Virus record (IMG/VR): IMGVR_UViG_3300011335_000533
Coordinates: 1 to 37,809 of that record
DNA length: 37,809 nucleotides
Reading direction: 5' to 3' (one strand)
Origin: a virus
Taxonomy: Duplodnaviria; Caudoviricetes
Part shown: in pieces, positions 1 through 9,305 of the stretch
How the letters are laid out: every line of letters begins with the position of its first letter
How positions within the stretch are numbered: the first letter of the stretch is position 1
Made by a program: the position numbers and the translations under genes
Notes under the pieces: generated by a model
Databases searched by the model: none
Seen by the model: only the letters and a program-made list of their open reading frames with translations
Told to the model about the DNA's origin: nothing

Positions 1-74
1 ATTACCAGGTTGTTCTCAAGAATCTCAAGAGCCTTCCGAGTAATCATGTCAATGGTAAGAATACTGTTAGCCAC
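1..74 (-). CDS. 5' fragment of major capsid gene (duplicated by overlap)
   Basis: Identical to 36461..36534; GTG start at 74. Confidence 0.9.
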   Translation of the reverse strand, partial: MANSILTIDMITRKALEILENNLV

Positions 75-95
75 GATTTTTCCTTAGAAAATAAA

Positions 96-833
96 TTAAA
101 ACTTTCGCGCCTGTAACGCTTTCATTTGTCGCGCTCTGTCGGCCTCAATCCACTGGCTGGTACTCATGGTCTTGATAGACCGTGGATCAGTTGTGTCAAA
201 AGACCCAGAACCCACCCCTCGGGCGGTGACTGGTGAAATCGGCTCAGGCGCACCAGAAGTACGCTTTTGGACGGGGTTTTCGGCTAACCTAGCCTCAAGT
301 CGTCCAATCTCTTTAGCTTGCAAAATAGGCGCTAGTCGAGAAATACGATCTGCCTCTTTCGGATTTGAGCCAAGGTGATAAACCAAGTCAGGCCCAATTT
401 CCGACGATTGAATCGTCTGTGCCATCACGGTCGTAATCTTGAGGCTGGGGTTGTAGGCAACTTGTTCAAAGTCGCTGTACTTAGACCTAGCCGTTTCTTC
501 ACGCTCGTGATACCCATCAAGAATCTCAGCTTGCTGTTTCTGGAGTTCCCGCTGCTCAATCAGCTTGTAAGCCTTGGCCTCTGCGTAAGCATCGACCGAC
601 TCAAACTGATCTTGCGGAGGCAAGTCCACTGCCACTGCTGGCGCAGGCTGTCGCTCTCGTTCCCACTTTCGCTGCTCTCTTGCGAGGCGTTTACCAATAG
701 CGGCGTCAAGTTCCTCTTGCGAGAATGTCTTAGCTGCTACTTCCGGCGTTTCAACTACAGGTTCTGGAGTAACCGCCGTGGTTTCCAGTTCCGGCGCGGG
801 GGCTAATTCCGCTACTTGCTCTATCTCTGACAT
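96..833 (-). CDS. Capsid scaffolding protein
   Basis: Acidic N-terminus, KTFSQEELDAAIGKRLARE coiled coil, immediately upstream of coat gene. Confidence 0.8.
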   Translation of the reverse strand: MSEIEQVAELAPAPELETTAVTPEPVVETPEVAAKTFSQEELDAAIGKRLAREQRKWERERQPAPAVAVDLPPQDQFESVDAYAEAKAYKLIEQRELQKQQAEILDGYHEREETARSKYSDFEQVAYNPSLKITTVMAQTIQSSEIGPDLVYHLGSNPKEADRISRLAPILQAKEIGRLEARLAENPVQKRTSGAPEPISPVTARGVGSGSFDTTDPRSIKTMSTSQWIEADRARQMKALQARKF

Positions 834-876
834 TTTTGAATCCTAAGATTCCCTGGTCATTGGGCCAGTACAAACA

Positions 877-1221
877 TTATAGTCCTTGTCCAGGAGTGAT
901 GTAAAGTGTCGTGGACGATGCCGCTGTTGCGGTGAAGAATGAGGTCGGCGGGAAGTTGAACACTTCCACGGCGCCAGCCACAATGGGGACGGCGTTGCCA
1001 GTTGTTGTGACCGCTGCGGCATTGGTAACTGCAATAGCCGCTGTTGCACCAACGCCTAAAAATGCCGTTACCGACCCTACGTTGACCACCCGGTACTGGT
1101 TGGTGGGCGGTGTGACTGCCGTAAAAGTCGGCAAAATCTGTGCGGCTGCGGGGGCAGTTGCATTGGCAGTAACCACAACGGTCGGGCCATTTGGAAAAAA
1201 TGCGGATTGTTCGTTAGCCAT
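877..1221 (-). CDS. Hypothetical A/T/V-rich beta protein, probably virion-associated
   Basis: 114 aa, ends TLYITPGQGL; differences from the second copy are mostly synonymous in this frame, supporting coding status. Confidence 0.7.
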   Translation of the reverse strand: MANEQSAFFPNGPTVVVTANATAPAAAQILPTFTAVTPPTNQYRVVNVGSVTAFLGVGATAAIAVTNAAAVTTTGNAVPIVAGAVEVFNFPPTSFFTATAASSTTLYITPGQGL

Positions 1222-1236
1222 TTTTGTCTTTCAAGG

Positions 1237-1494
1237 TTATTCAGCGGCTCGTGCCTCGACTTCGTAAGGATTCATTTTATAACCGTAGCGCAGCATCCAC
1301 CAGGTGTACTTGATGGCGTACAGCACCTTGCCATCCCGCCGCATCTGTTCCAAGTGCATCGTTTCATGCCTAATCAACGCATCGTGTTGCTCAAAGCCGG
1401 GGGCCATGTAAATCATATTCCAGAAGCTAGTCCAGCCCTTGAACCCGCAAAGGTTCATGTAGAGCAAAATTGGGCCTTTGGCGGTGCGTATCAT
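1237..1494 (-). CDS. Small HExxH (zincin-like) protein
   Basis: LIRHETMHLEQ plus downstream NPYEVEAR, resembling DUF4157-type mini-zincins. Confidence 0.6.
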   Translation of the reverse strand: MIRTAKGPILLYMNLCGFKGWTSFWNMIYMAPGFEQHDALIRHETMHLEQMRRDGKVLYAIKYTWWMLRYGYKMNPYEVEARAAE

Positions 1495-1534
1495 GGCTTA
1501 ATACTTGACGTAAAAAGTTTTTACAAAACGTATG

Positions 1535-2092
1535 TTAAGCAGACGTTACAGTTTCCCAGTTTGTTGCTCCACCAATGCGTAATTTATTAAGCGTAGTATC
1601 AAAGTACATTGCACCTTTGACATACGCTGGAGCGCCTGCGGTAGTTGCTTGTACTGGAGATATTGTTCCCGTTGTAGTTAGGTTTCCAGTAACAGAAACG
1701 CCTGTAGAAATAAGACGCAGCTTTTCTGAAGTGTTAAATTTAAAAATTACTTGCGCCGCATAATCAGAACCTAAAGTAAATTCATCGGTTGAAAGATTTA
1801 AACCAATTGAAGCTAATTGCCCTGTGTTTGTAGCATTTTGCACAGAAAACATTGATTGAAAACCAGCAATATTTGCAAGTTTAGCGGTTACTCGTCCTGT
1901 AGATGTTGCGCCATTTACCGTTAAATTTGTCCCGTCAAACGTCAGCCCAGACCCAGATGCAAGAACCGATGAACTTGATGCGTAAATTACACCGTTTGCG
2001 GTGTAACTTGTAAGCCCTGTGCCGCCGTTGGCTACTGGGAGTGTGCCTGTAATTTGACTAGCGTTAATAACTGAAGTTGTAGTTTTTAACAT
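1535..2092 (-). CDS. Tail fibre-like protein
   Basis: GTLPVANGGTG repeat, LTFDGTNL, EKLRLISTG, GAMYFDTTLNKL fibre-type motifs; AGGA RBS. Confidence 0.65.
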   Translation of the reverse strand: MLKTTTSVINASQITGTLPVANGGTGLTSYTANGVIYASSSSVLASGSGLTFDGTNLTVNGATSTGRVTAKLANIAGFQSMFSVQNATNTGQLASIGLNLSTDEFTLGSDYAAQVIFKFNTSEKLRLISTGVSVTGNLTTTGTISPVQATTAGAPAYVKGAMYFDTTLNKLRIGGATNWETVTSA

Positions 2093-2153
2093 GGTAATTC
2101 CTAATTGTAAGCAACTTTAAATAATGTTAACAAATTGAAAAAATAAACATTTT

Positions 2154-4223
2154 TTAAACTTGAATAAGCCCATAACCTTTCCACGTACCAGGAGAGCCGC
2201 CCGTTGTACACACCCAACCAAGGTATGAAGCACCGCCAGCAGAAGGATTTAGATTATTTACCAAGTCGCCTTGTTGATAAGTACCCGATACAGGGTAACT
2301 AGAGTCCCACCCTAAAAATCTGTTTAAACCTGGATATTGGTCAAGAGCGTAATTTGGTTGCAATGCACCTTTTATTTTTGACGATATGTTTCCTTGTGAA
2401 AAAACAAAATCGTTTGGTGTAATAGAAGATGTATTGTCAGCGCCGTAAGAACATGGTGTTACAGCCAAATTTGCAGGGTACGCAGCTAATGTTCCATTAA
2501 ATGCAAACGTATTGCCTTGGATATAGTCTGTTTGGGTAGCATAGTCACCGCCAGCAATATTAATTACCGAATACAACTGACCGCTTGTATCCCCAGCATC
2601 AGCAGATGATATAAACAAATTGCCTAATATGGACACAAATTGATCTGTGTATAGTCGGTTTACTCTTAGGGCAGAAGCAGCAGAAAGTGTAGATGCAGAG
2701 CCGTTATCTTCCAATGTGTTTGCTTTTATTACAACCACGCCTTTGGTTCTGTACAACTCAATGCCTGGGTTTTCATTGTTTGCAATCCGATTGCTTGTTA
2801 TTTCAGTAGTTGAGCCAAAAACTTGCTCTCCAACTTGAATACCGAATTTATTATTTTCTATTGTATTACCAATGGCTCTCATTTCAACGCCATCAATGCC
2901 TACGTCAAAACCAATTACAAGATTTCCAGATACAGTTAGCCTGCTACCTTCAATTCCATAAGATGAATTTGTTCCCGCTGTTGCTCCTGTGTTATTGCAA
3001 GTATTTCCTGTTGCTGCACAAGAATAATCAGTTTTTGTGTATTCAGACCAAATTGCACAATTTAATTCTGTGCCACGATTTGAATTTAAATTAGTAAATG
3101 TGTTTCCTGAAACAGCAACGCCAGATGTAAGCGTAATTGCATCACCTTCCAATACAACGCCTACGCGAATTAAATCTTCAAACACGTTACTAGAAACAGC
3201 AATTTGAGAAGCACAGTAAATATAAACGCCGTCTGCGTATTGAGAACTAGCAATATTTGTATCGCCAGCATTTGTTAAATTTCCATACACGCCACGGATA
3301 ATGTTTGATGTTATTACAACGTAATCTGTACGATTTACCTCAAGTGCATTGTTTCCTAGATTGGTAAACGTATTATTTGAAACATCTATGTTGGTGCTGT
3401 TTTGCAACAATATGCCTCTAGCAACGCCTTTAATAGTGCAGTCATGTACTCGAATATTAGCTGAGTTGCCAGAAATTGTAATGCCAACTTGGTTGTTTGT
3501 AAAACCAACTGAATTGCCGCCACCATAAGGGTTTGTAAATGGCGTAGCAGTCCAGCTACCAAGACCGTTAAAAATGAACCCTGTAATCTCAATGTTTGAA
3601 ACAGACGTGCCGTTTAAAAAAGAACCATAGGTTGCCCATGATGCCGTGTAAGTAATAATTGAATTTTGACCATACAAACTAACATTACTTTTTAATACAA
3701 TGTCAGCAGATGTAAGATATGTGCCTGCGGGAAAAACAACAACGCCTTGAGATACCGCATTGATCGCTGCTTGGATAGCGGCAGTGTCATCAGTTGTGCC
3801 ATCGCCCACAGCACCAAAGTCCATTACGCTCACACTCTCTCGCAACTTAGTCTGAACAGTCGTTGCCTCGGCCCCAATGCCTGTTTGCAAAAATCCAATT
3901 AAGTTAGACCCGCCTGACGCAGCTAAAGCTGCAAGTGTGGCTTGGTCAGGCCCATTTATATTATCAACCGTCCAAATCAAGACGCTGGCGCTGGTGTACA
4001 GGGCAAACTTGTAGATGGCTGCGCCAAGCCACACATTGGCCTCGCCACGGCTGTCCAGGACGATAGGGTTGGTGTTGGCGCTGACGCCAGTGCTGTCGGT
4101 GTAGGACGCTAGTGGCGTGGTCGTGCCAGCAGCGTAGGTGTACAGCAGCCCACCAGCCAGCGGTGCGCCGTTGGCATCAAAGAATTGCAGCTTGGGCGTG
4201 GGGGCTAAAGATGTTGTAGCCAT
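2154..4223 (-). CDS. Tailspike / receptor-binding protein with pectate-lyase-like beta-helix
   Basis: N-terminal particle-binding domain (NPIVLDSRGEA), SVMDFGAVGDGTTDDTAAIQAAI, VVFPAGTY, Asn-rich beta-helix repeats. Confidence 0.85.
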   Translation of the reverse strand: MATTSLAPTPKLQFFDANGAPLAGGLLYTYAAGTTTPLASYTDSTGVSANTNPIVLDSRGEANVWLGAAIYKFALYTSASVLIWTVDNINGPDQATLAALAASGGSNLIGFLQTGIGAEATTVQTKLRESVSVMDFGAVGDGTTDDTAAIQAAINAVSQGVVVFPAGTYLTSADIVLKSNVSLYGQNSIITYTASWATYGSFLNGTSVSNIEITGFIFNGLGSWTATPFTNPYGGGNSVGFTNNQVGITISGNSANIRVHDCTIKGVARGILLQNSTNIDVSNNTFTNLGNNALEVNRTDYVVITSNIIRGVYGNLTNAGDTNIASSQYADGVYIYCASQIAVSSNVFEDLIRVGVVLEGDAITLTSGVAVSGNTFTNLNSNRGTELNCAIWSEYTKTDYSCAATGNTCNNTGATAGTNSSYGIEGSRLTVSGNLVIGFDVGIDGVEMRAIGNTIENNKFGIQVGEQVFGSTTEITSNRIANNENPGIELYRTKGVVVIKANTLEDNGSASTLSAASALRVNRLYTDQFVSILGNLFISSADAGDTSGQLYSVINIAGGDYATQTDYIQGNTFAFNGTLAAYPANLAVTPCSYGADNTSSITPNDFVFSQGNISSKIKGALQPNYALDQYPGLNRFLGWDSSYPVSGTYQQGDLVNNLNPSAGGASYLGWVCTTGGSPGTWKGYGLIQV

Positions 4224-4224
4224 G

Positions 4225-6414
4225 TTACATACCTTGGTTTGGTGGCGGCATCATTTGGTCTTGGCCCATCATCTGGTCTTGCGGCATCATCGGCTCCATC
4301 GGCATCGAACTCATCAGATCACCGCTGGTTATCATGCCTTGCACAGTACCCAGCACAATCTCTTGTATCTGGTCAGGCGTCATGGCAGCAGCCATTGCGG
4401 TCATGCGTTTGGTTTCTACATCGTAGGCTTTGACCTCCGAGTCAAACCGCTTGATTTCTAACTCTTGCGCTTCCATTGACTGCTGGACGTTTTGCAGCAT
4501 TTCTTGCATTTGCTGCATCTCTTGCCCCATAGCCTGCATTTGCATATTGGCAGCTTGCAGGGCCGGGTCTTCATCGTCGCTCAACAGTTTGGGGTCAATG
4601 GTCTTAGCCAAGCGTTTAGCCAACTCATCAGCCCCAGGCCAATCCATTGCCTTAACAAACAAGTCGCCTGCAATCTGCATAAGTGCAGGGTTGCCTTGCA
4701 GCAGCTGGGCCATTTCTTCCCGTGTCTCTTGGCGTCTGGTGCTGTAGCTTGGTCCGGTGGTCACCACAACATCGTATTTGCCAACATTGGGATTGTAGAT
4801 TTTGTCAATCTCAATGCCTTGCTGGTCAACAATCTTCTTGACCGGCATCTCTTGCGACGGGTCAATCTTTGCCATGTTTGTCTCGCCGTCCTCACCAATG
4901 ATTCGGGCAATGCGTTGGGTGTCGTAGATTTTGGGGATCATGTCCACCAGTTGCCGAGTGACGTAGCGTATGGCACGGGCCAGGTTGTCAACATAATGGT
5001 AAGTACCAACGTCACCCTCGCGCTGACGGGCCAAAATAGCCTTGCCGCTGCGCTCGTTGCCGCCCATGCCCAGACTAGCGTTGTACTGCCCAGTTGCAGC
5101 TTTAATATCTTCAGATGCCCCCGATTTGGCTTGCAAAAGGCCAGTAGAGGCCATCGGGGGCTGTGCGCGTTGGGGCAGTGGCAGACTTCCGCCAGCACCG
5201 TCAGTCACATCTGGATTGACCTCAAGGTAAGGCCAGTTGGTGGTGTTGGCAGTCTTCCACTGAGTCTCGTAACCTTCAAACTGCCCACCGTAGCCAATGA
5301 ACGGAGCCTTGGGTGCTAGGGCCAGCATCTCTGCTTCTTGGCTGACCCAATAATTATACATACGCTGGGCGTCCTTGGCGTTCCGCACCAGACCAGATAC
5401 ATATATCTGCCCGTTGACCTCAAACTCATTGCCTACCACCCGCACAATGGGAATGTATTTACCCGCCCAATCGCGCTTCTCCAGCACCTCGTAGCCGTTG
5501 CTCTTAACCCAGCAAATCTTCTCCCGCTGCGAAATGCGAGTCTTCAACGGCTTGCCGTAAAGCATCTTCAGTTGCTTGTCATCAATCGAGTTGTTAAACG
5601 CCGTGATGTTGTTAGGGTAGAGGTTGAGTGTCTCGGCTTTGTACTCACGATAAAAGTACTCCGCAATCCGCACTGTATCGTCCCGCAGCCATTGCTGTAG
5701 GTCTTGGTCGCCCAAACCCAAAGACTGCAAACTACTAATAGGCGCAGCGTCTGGGTACAGGCGCTCGTACTCGTCCTTGGGCACATCGTCCGTAACAAAG
5801 CACCACCGGGCATCTGCGCCGCATGGGTCTTGAATCGCAGGGTCCATGTAGACCGAGAATGAGTTGCGAATCCGGCCTATCTTCAGTTCTTGGTCAAAGC
5901 TGTTCTCGTCGCAGTATTCGGTCAATACCCGAATGTAGCCTTCGCCGTAGGTGACCTGGTTCTCACAGGCAGTTGCGTAGGCCGTGTCAGCGTCACTGAT
6001 GTACTCAATGTGCCGCACTATGCCGTTGAATATATCTGCCATCTCAGGGTCAGCAACGTCATCCGCAGGTATAACTTTACCTGCTGGCTTGTTGTACCGT
6101 TGGTCGTTGGTGACTTGCCGAACGTGCTGCGGCAACTTGTTAATAGTCAGGCAGGGACGGGCGTTGATGGTCTGCCCCTGGACGGCCCCGCGAGTTGCCA
6201 GTACATCAGCAGGCCATTGCCACTGGTTGTCCGGACTACCCGCCATAAACCGCAGGTCGTCTAGTTCATTGTTGCGTGAGTCGCTGAAGGCATCTATTGC
6301 CATTGTCATGCGCGAGCGCATGGTGGACAGCATATCGCCGTACTCTTTGTCGTCGCCGCCCCCACCGACATCGGCAACCTTGCCAACCTTGTTAATGCCG
6401 GTGTAGTCAGCCAT
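4225..6414 (-). CDS. P22-like portal protein
   Basis: 729 aa, RPCLTINKLPQHVRQVTN, GLVRNAKDAQRMYNYW, SGKAILARQREGD, Q/M-rich C-terminal barrel; downstream of terminase. Confidence 0.92.
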   Translation of the reverse strand: MADYTGINKVGKVADVGGGGDDKEYGDMLSTMRSRMTMAIDAFSDSRNNELDDLRFMAGSPDNQWQWPADVLATRGAVQGQTINARPCLTINKLPQHVRQVTNDQRYNKPAGKVIPADDVADPEMADIFNGIVRHIEYISDADTAYATACENQVTYGEGYIRVLTEYCDENSFDQELKIGRIRNSFSVYMDPAIQDPCGADARWCFVTDDVPKDEYERLYPDAAPISSLQSLGLGDQDLQQWLRDDTVRIAEYFYREYKAETLNLYPNNITAFNNSIDDKQLKMLYGKPLKTRISQREKICWVKSNGYEVLEKRDWAGKYIPIVRVVGNEFEVNGQIYVSGLVRNAKDAQRMYNYWVSQEAEMLALAPKAPFIGYGGQFEGYETQWKTANTTNWPYLEVNPDVTDGAGGSLPLPQRAQPPMASTGLLQAKSGASEDIKAATGQYNASLGMGGNERSGKAILARQREGDVGTYHYVDNLARAIRYVTRQLVDMIPKIYDTQRIARIIGEDGETNMAKIDPSQEMPVKKIVDQQGIEIDKIYNPNVGKYDVVVTTGPSYSTRRQETREEMAQLLQGNPALMQIAGDLFVKAMDWPGADELAKRLAKTIDPKLLSDDEDPALQAANMQMQAMGQEMQQMQEMLQNVQQSMEAQELEIKRFDSEVKAYDVETKRMTAMAAAMTPDQIQEIVLGTVQGMITSGDLMSSMPMEPMMPQDQMMGQDQMMPPPNQGM

Positions 6415-6548
6415 TACTTTGCTTTCTTAGCTGCGTTTTTAACAGCATAAGCTATTGCCACGGCCTGTTTCACCGGCTTTCCAGCCTTGACCTCGGTCTT
6501 GATATTGGCCTTGAACGCCGCAGGCGTTGGTGATTTTTTGAGTGGCAT
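6414..6548 (-). CDS. Small basic protein (44 aa, MPLKKSPTPAAFKANIKTEVKAGKPVKQAVAIAY...)
   Basis: Translated by hand; TAATG coupling on both sides. Confidence 0.75.
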   Translation of the reverse strand: MPLKKSPTPAAFKANIKTEVKAGKPVKQAVAIAYAVKNAAKKAK

Positions 6549-6700
6549 TACTTTTTCTTCGCTGTTTTAGCTGAATTTATAAAGTCTTGCTTGCTAGGCG
6601 CTGCCTTGCTGCCGACTTTGTTCATCTTTTCGCCAGAACCAGACTTGATACGGGCTTGCTTGGCGTTGATGTTGGCGTAGAGTCCGGGTTTGGTAGCCAT
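6548..6700 (-). CDS. Small basic protein (50 aa, MATKPGLYANINAKQARIKSGSGEKM...)
   Basis: Translated by hand; TAATG coupling on both sides. Confidence 0.75.
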   Translation of the reverse strand: MATKPGLYANINAKQARIKSGSGEKMNKVGSKAAPSKQDFINSAKTAKKK

Positions 6701-6852
6701 TATTTCTTCCTTGCCATGCCTTTGTGAACGCCAGGTTCCATTTTCTTTTCCATAGCGGCATAGGCTTGTTTGCTTGGAGCCATTTTCTTTTCGGCAGATT
6801 CCATTTTTTTAAATTCGCCTTTGCCAAACGGGTTCATTTTCTTTGTAGCCAT
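6700..6852 (-). CDS. Small basic protein (50 aa, MATKKMNPFGKGEFKKME...)
   Basis: Translated by hand; fills the gap exactly, TAATG-coupled to next gene. Confidence 0.7.
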   Translation of the reverse strand: MATKKMNPFGKGEFKKMESAEKKMAPSKQAYAAMEKKMEPGVHKGMARKK

Positions 6853-6854
6853 GA

Positions 6855-7112
6855 TTAGCACTTCCATCTAGTTAATGATGCCGCCTTGCGGGTAGGCTTG
6901 CCTTGCTCGTCTTTCATCGGCCCCGGCATACCTTCCATCCGGGCGCAGAATGAATCTTTACGGGCACCACCCTGCGGTTGTGGAGCTTTGAGGTTGCCAC
7001 CAGTTGCTGCGTTGTACTTTTCCCGCCCCCTAGCAGTTAGACCAGCCCCTTGGCTTACCGGCAGCTTCTCGCCACGCCCAACTGATAAAGATACACTCTT
7101 CTTGGTCGCCAT
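6855..7112 (-). CDS. Small basic protein (RKDSFCARM...RWKC)
   Basis: 85-aa ORF directly after terminase stop; K/R/G-rich. Confidence 0.75.
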   Translation of the reverse strand: MATKKSVSLSVGRGEKLPVSQGAGLTARGREKYNAATGGNLKAPQPQGGARKDSFCARMEGMPGPMKDEQGKPTRKAASLTRWKC

Positions 7113-7113
7113 A

Positions 7114-8469
7114 TCAACTTCCCATCCAAGAAGTATTCATCGTCTGCCCAGTATAAGTGCGCGTATATGAATAATCTTCGGATTTCTTTTCTTTGCGAGG
7201 CTTAATAATACCAGGAAAAAGCTCTGAAACCGCCCATATGAGCGCATCTGCCCGGTTCGGACTATTTTCGCCGATATATCCATTCGTGGTGAACGCCGAT
7301 AATTCGTCTTCCAAGTCGCGCATATATCCGACGTGACGTACTTTGCCTTGTTCGTAAAGCGCTGAAATCGGTTCGGCCCGAACTACTTTACCGCGAGTCG
7401 CAGTGACTTTCCGGAAATTCGTACGTGGACGAGCGGTTTGTATCACATGTTTTACCATCGCGCCGCCATAGTTTACTTCACCCACTACCGCATCCGCTTC
7501 ATGTCGATCGTATGCATCTGTCGCTACTTTGCCCCACGTAGCCGGACCTGCCTTCACAGTGATATCTTCCATGATATAGCAATTACCGTCGGTTCCAATA
7601 CCGGCTACGATGATACCGATAGCATCATTGTCTGCATTGTTTGTGTCTCCAGCCCCCGAAGGGTCGACAGCAATGACTATTCGGACCATATCTGGAACCA
7701 CACCATCTACCACACGCCATAACTCGAAATTCTCGTCGTCAAAAAGTGCATTATTCGTGGCGTCAGCGAATTCGCCAAGTAAAAAACGCTTCCGAAGACG
7801 TGGACTGAGTGCCATTAACGTCTGTATATAAGTACTGCTAAGATTTTCGGAATTATCTTCCGGGTTCATCTTACAATTTACGAAATTCTCCGGATGACTT
7901 AGCGGTTTTTTCGTTTCTGGCTCGATTTTCTGGATGAACGTCTTATATGCCCAATGCATTTTGTTCGTAGGGTTCATATCATAGAACGCCCTCGGAGTCA
8001 AGAAATTACCCGGTGTGGTTTCCGCAAGTTGTGCTAGACGGGTCATTGCAATATCGTGGGAACTTTGCGGTATTTGCGAACATTCGTTGAAATATATCGT
8101 GGAATATTCGTGACCCAATATCTTTTCAGTCCGCTCCTTGTCATCTAACCCGCCGAACCATACTTCACTACCGTTGGGTAGTGCTACGAACCAATCAGTT
8201 TTCGATAGGTTAAACGTAACCCCTGGGAAACATATTTCCATGACCTTGGGAAAGGTATCAAGGATAATGGATGCTTTTATGTGGTTGAAACGGAATCGAA
8301 GGATGCAATGGCGTGATCGTGGAGCCTTCAATGCGCGTAGAACGACATTTCGAACTAGCAAAAATGTCTTCCCAGACCGGCTTCCACCAAAAAGCATCCC
8401 GTGTGTGGCACTTCCTGCCAACACTTCCTGAGCTTCTTCCTGTCTTGTGGTAAGCTTGAACTCGGGCAT
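7114..8469 (-). CDS. terL: Terminase large subunit
   Basis: Walker A GGSRSGKT, Walker B-like IYFNE, nuclease motifs AVDPS, RAEPISALYEQG, SPNRADA. Confidence 0.93.
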   Translation of the reverse strand: MPEFKLTTRQEEAQEVLAGSATHGMLFGGSRSGKTFLLVRNVVLRALKAPRSRHCILRFRFNHIKASIILDTFPKVMEICFPGVTFNLSKTDWFVALPNGSEVWFGGLDDKERTEKILGHEYSTIYFNECSQIPQSSHDIAMTRLAQLAETTPGNFLTPRAFYDMNPTNKMHWAYKTFIQKIEPETKKPLSHPENFVNCKMNPEDNSENLSSTYIQTLMALSPRLRKRFLLGEFADATNNALFDDENFELWRVVDGVVPDMVRIVIAVDPSGAGDTNNADNDAIGIIVAGIGTDGNCYIMEDITVKAGPATWGKVATDAYDRHEADAVVGEVNYGGAMVKHVIQTARPRTNFRKVTATRGKVVRAEPISALYEQGKVRHVGYMRDLEDELSAFTTNGYIGENSPNRADALIWAVSELFPGIIKPRKEKKSEDYSYTRTYTGQTMNTSWMGS

Positions 8470-8942
8470 TATATATTCACATCAAACTTACTGACTAGAT
8501 TGATCTGGATGTTCGCTGGTCCGGTATTATTCTTCCCACCGGATGCAAACACATCATATAGGCCAACTACTTCACCACGTGCTCGTTCTGCTGAAAGAGC
8601 TACCTTTAACTGCCCGGATGTCTTTGCGAGATCGCGTATATCCGCTAATTCATAAAGATGAGCGCCCATTGAAATCAGAGAAGCATCTTGGATTTTGTCC
8701 GTGATTTCTTTAATTCGAAGAGCAATCTGGGGTTTACTCAGTAATTCCTTGCCCCGAGCTAACGGGAACGGAGAATCCGCGCCAAACGTCATTTTATAGG
8801 CGCTATTGATATTCCCACCACACTCGATAACTGCTAGAGCAAAAGTATCTTCCGCTTGAGTTAATGGAGGGTACGTCAACAACTCCCCTTCATCCTTGAC
8901 TGAAATGTCTTGGATATCTTCAGAGGTAATGGTTAGGCTCAT
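8469..8942 (-). CDS. terS: Putative terminase small subunit (start revised to ATG 8942)
   Basis: TAATG-coupled to terL; HTH-like N-terminus (NINSAYKMTF...ELLSKPQIALRIKE); promoter directly upstream of 8942. Confidence 0.7.
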   Translation of the reverse strand: MSLTITSEDIQDISVKDEGELLTYPPLTQAEDTFALAVIECGGNINSAYKMTFGADSPFPLARGKELLSKPQIALRIKEITDKIQDASLISMGAHLYELADIRDLAKTSGQLKVALSAERARGEVVGLYDVFASGGKNNTGPANIQINLVSKFDVNI

Positions 8943-8949
8943 ACGCCGG

Positions 8950-8978
8950 ATGATACCATAGAGGAGATAGGCTGTCAA
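8950..8978 (-). promoter_or_regulatory. Sigma70-type promoter for packaging/virion arm
   Basis: TTGACA-17 bp-TATCAT with TGn extension. Confidence 0.75.
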
Positions 8979-9192
8979 CCCCCCTTCAGATATGTTCATT
9001 TGTATTTCATAAATTTTCGGATATTTTTTGTGTCGGAAGAATATGGGTTTATATGCGAAGGGGTATATATCGCGGGGCATTCATTTATGTTTCATGGACC
9101 TCGGAAATTTGTAGTATAGAACGAACCCCCAAATATGGTACATATCGAGCGACGAGGACCTTGGTCCCTCCCCCTTCCCCTATATATTCAAG

Positions 9193-9236
9193 GTTAGTGA
9201 GCACTGACTGCGGACCTGGGGTTAGTGAGCGCTAAC
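9193..9236. promoter_or_regulatory. Pair of quasi-palindromic operator-like sites
   Basis: GTTAGTGAGCACTGAC (9193..9208) and GTTAGTGAGCGCTAAC (9221..9236). Confidence 0.45.
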
Positions 9237-9305
9237 TAACGGGCTAAGGCCCAGGCATTCATATGGCACGAACCCTGGACAGACGTTCATCTAGCAGGGG
9301 GATAC

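Larger units (their letters stand above)
1..1349. repeat. Terminal direct repeat, copy 1 (assembly overlap of a circular/permuted genome)
   Basis: 1..1349 aligns ungapped with 36461..37809 (offset 36460); identical to 945, then 32 substitutions counted by eye. Confidence 0.97.

Noticed and set aside
946-1349. Diverged repeat pair as a diversity-generating retroelement TR/VR
   Set aside because: Differences affect all four bases, are mostly synonymous, both copies are coding, and no reverse transcriptase is present
1-1349. Biological T7-type direct terminal repeat
   Set aside because: Starts inside the coat gene and ends inside another gene; better explained as assembly overlap
4492-5319. 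Long antisense ORFs (also 11529..12263, 36097..36576 and others)
   Set aside because: Shadows of well-supported genes on the opposite strand, no recognisable motifs
8943-9080. N-terminal extension of terS
   Set aside because: Spans a well-formed promoter; ATG 8942 fits better
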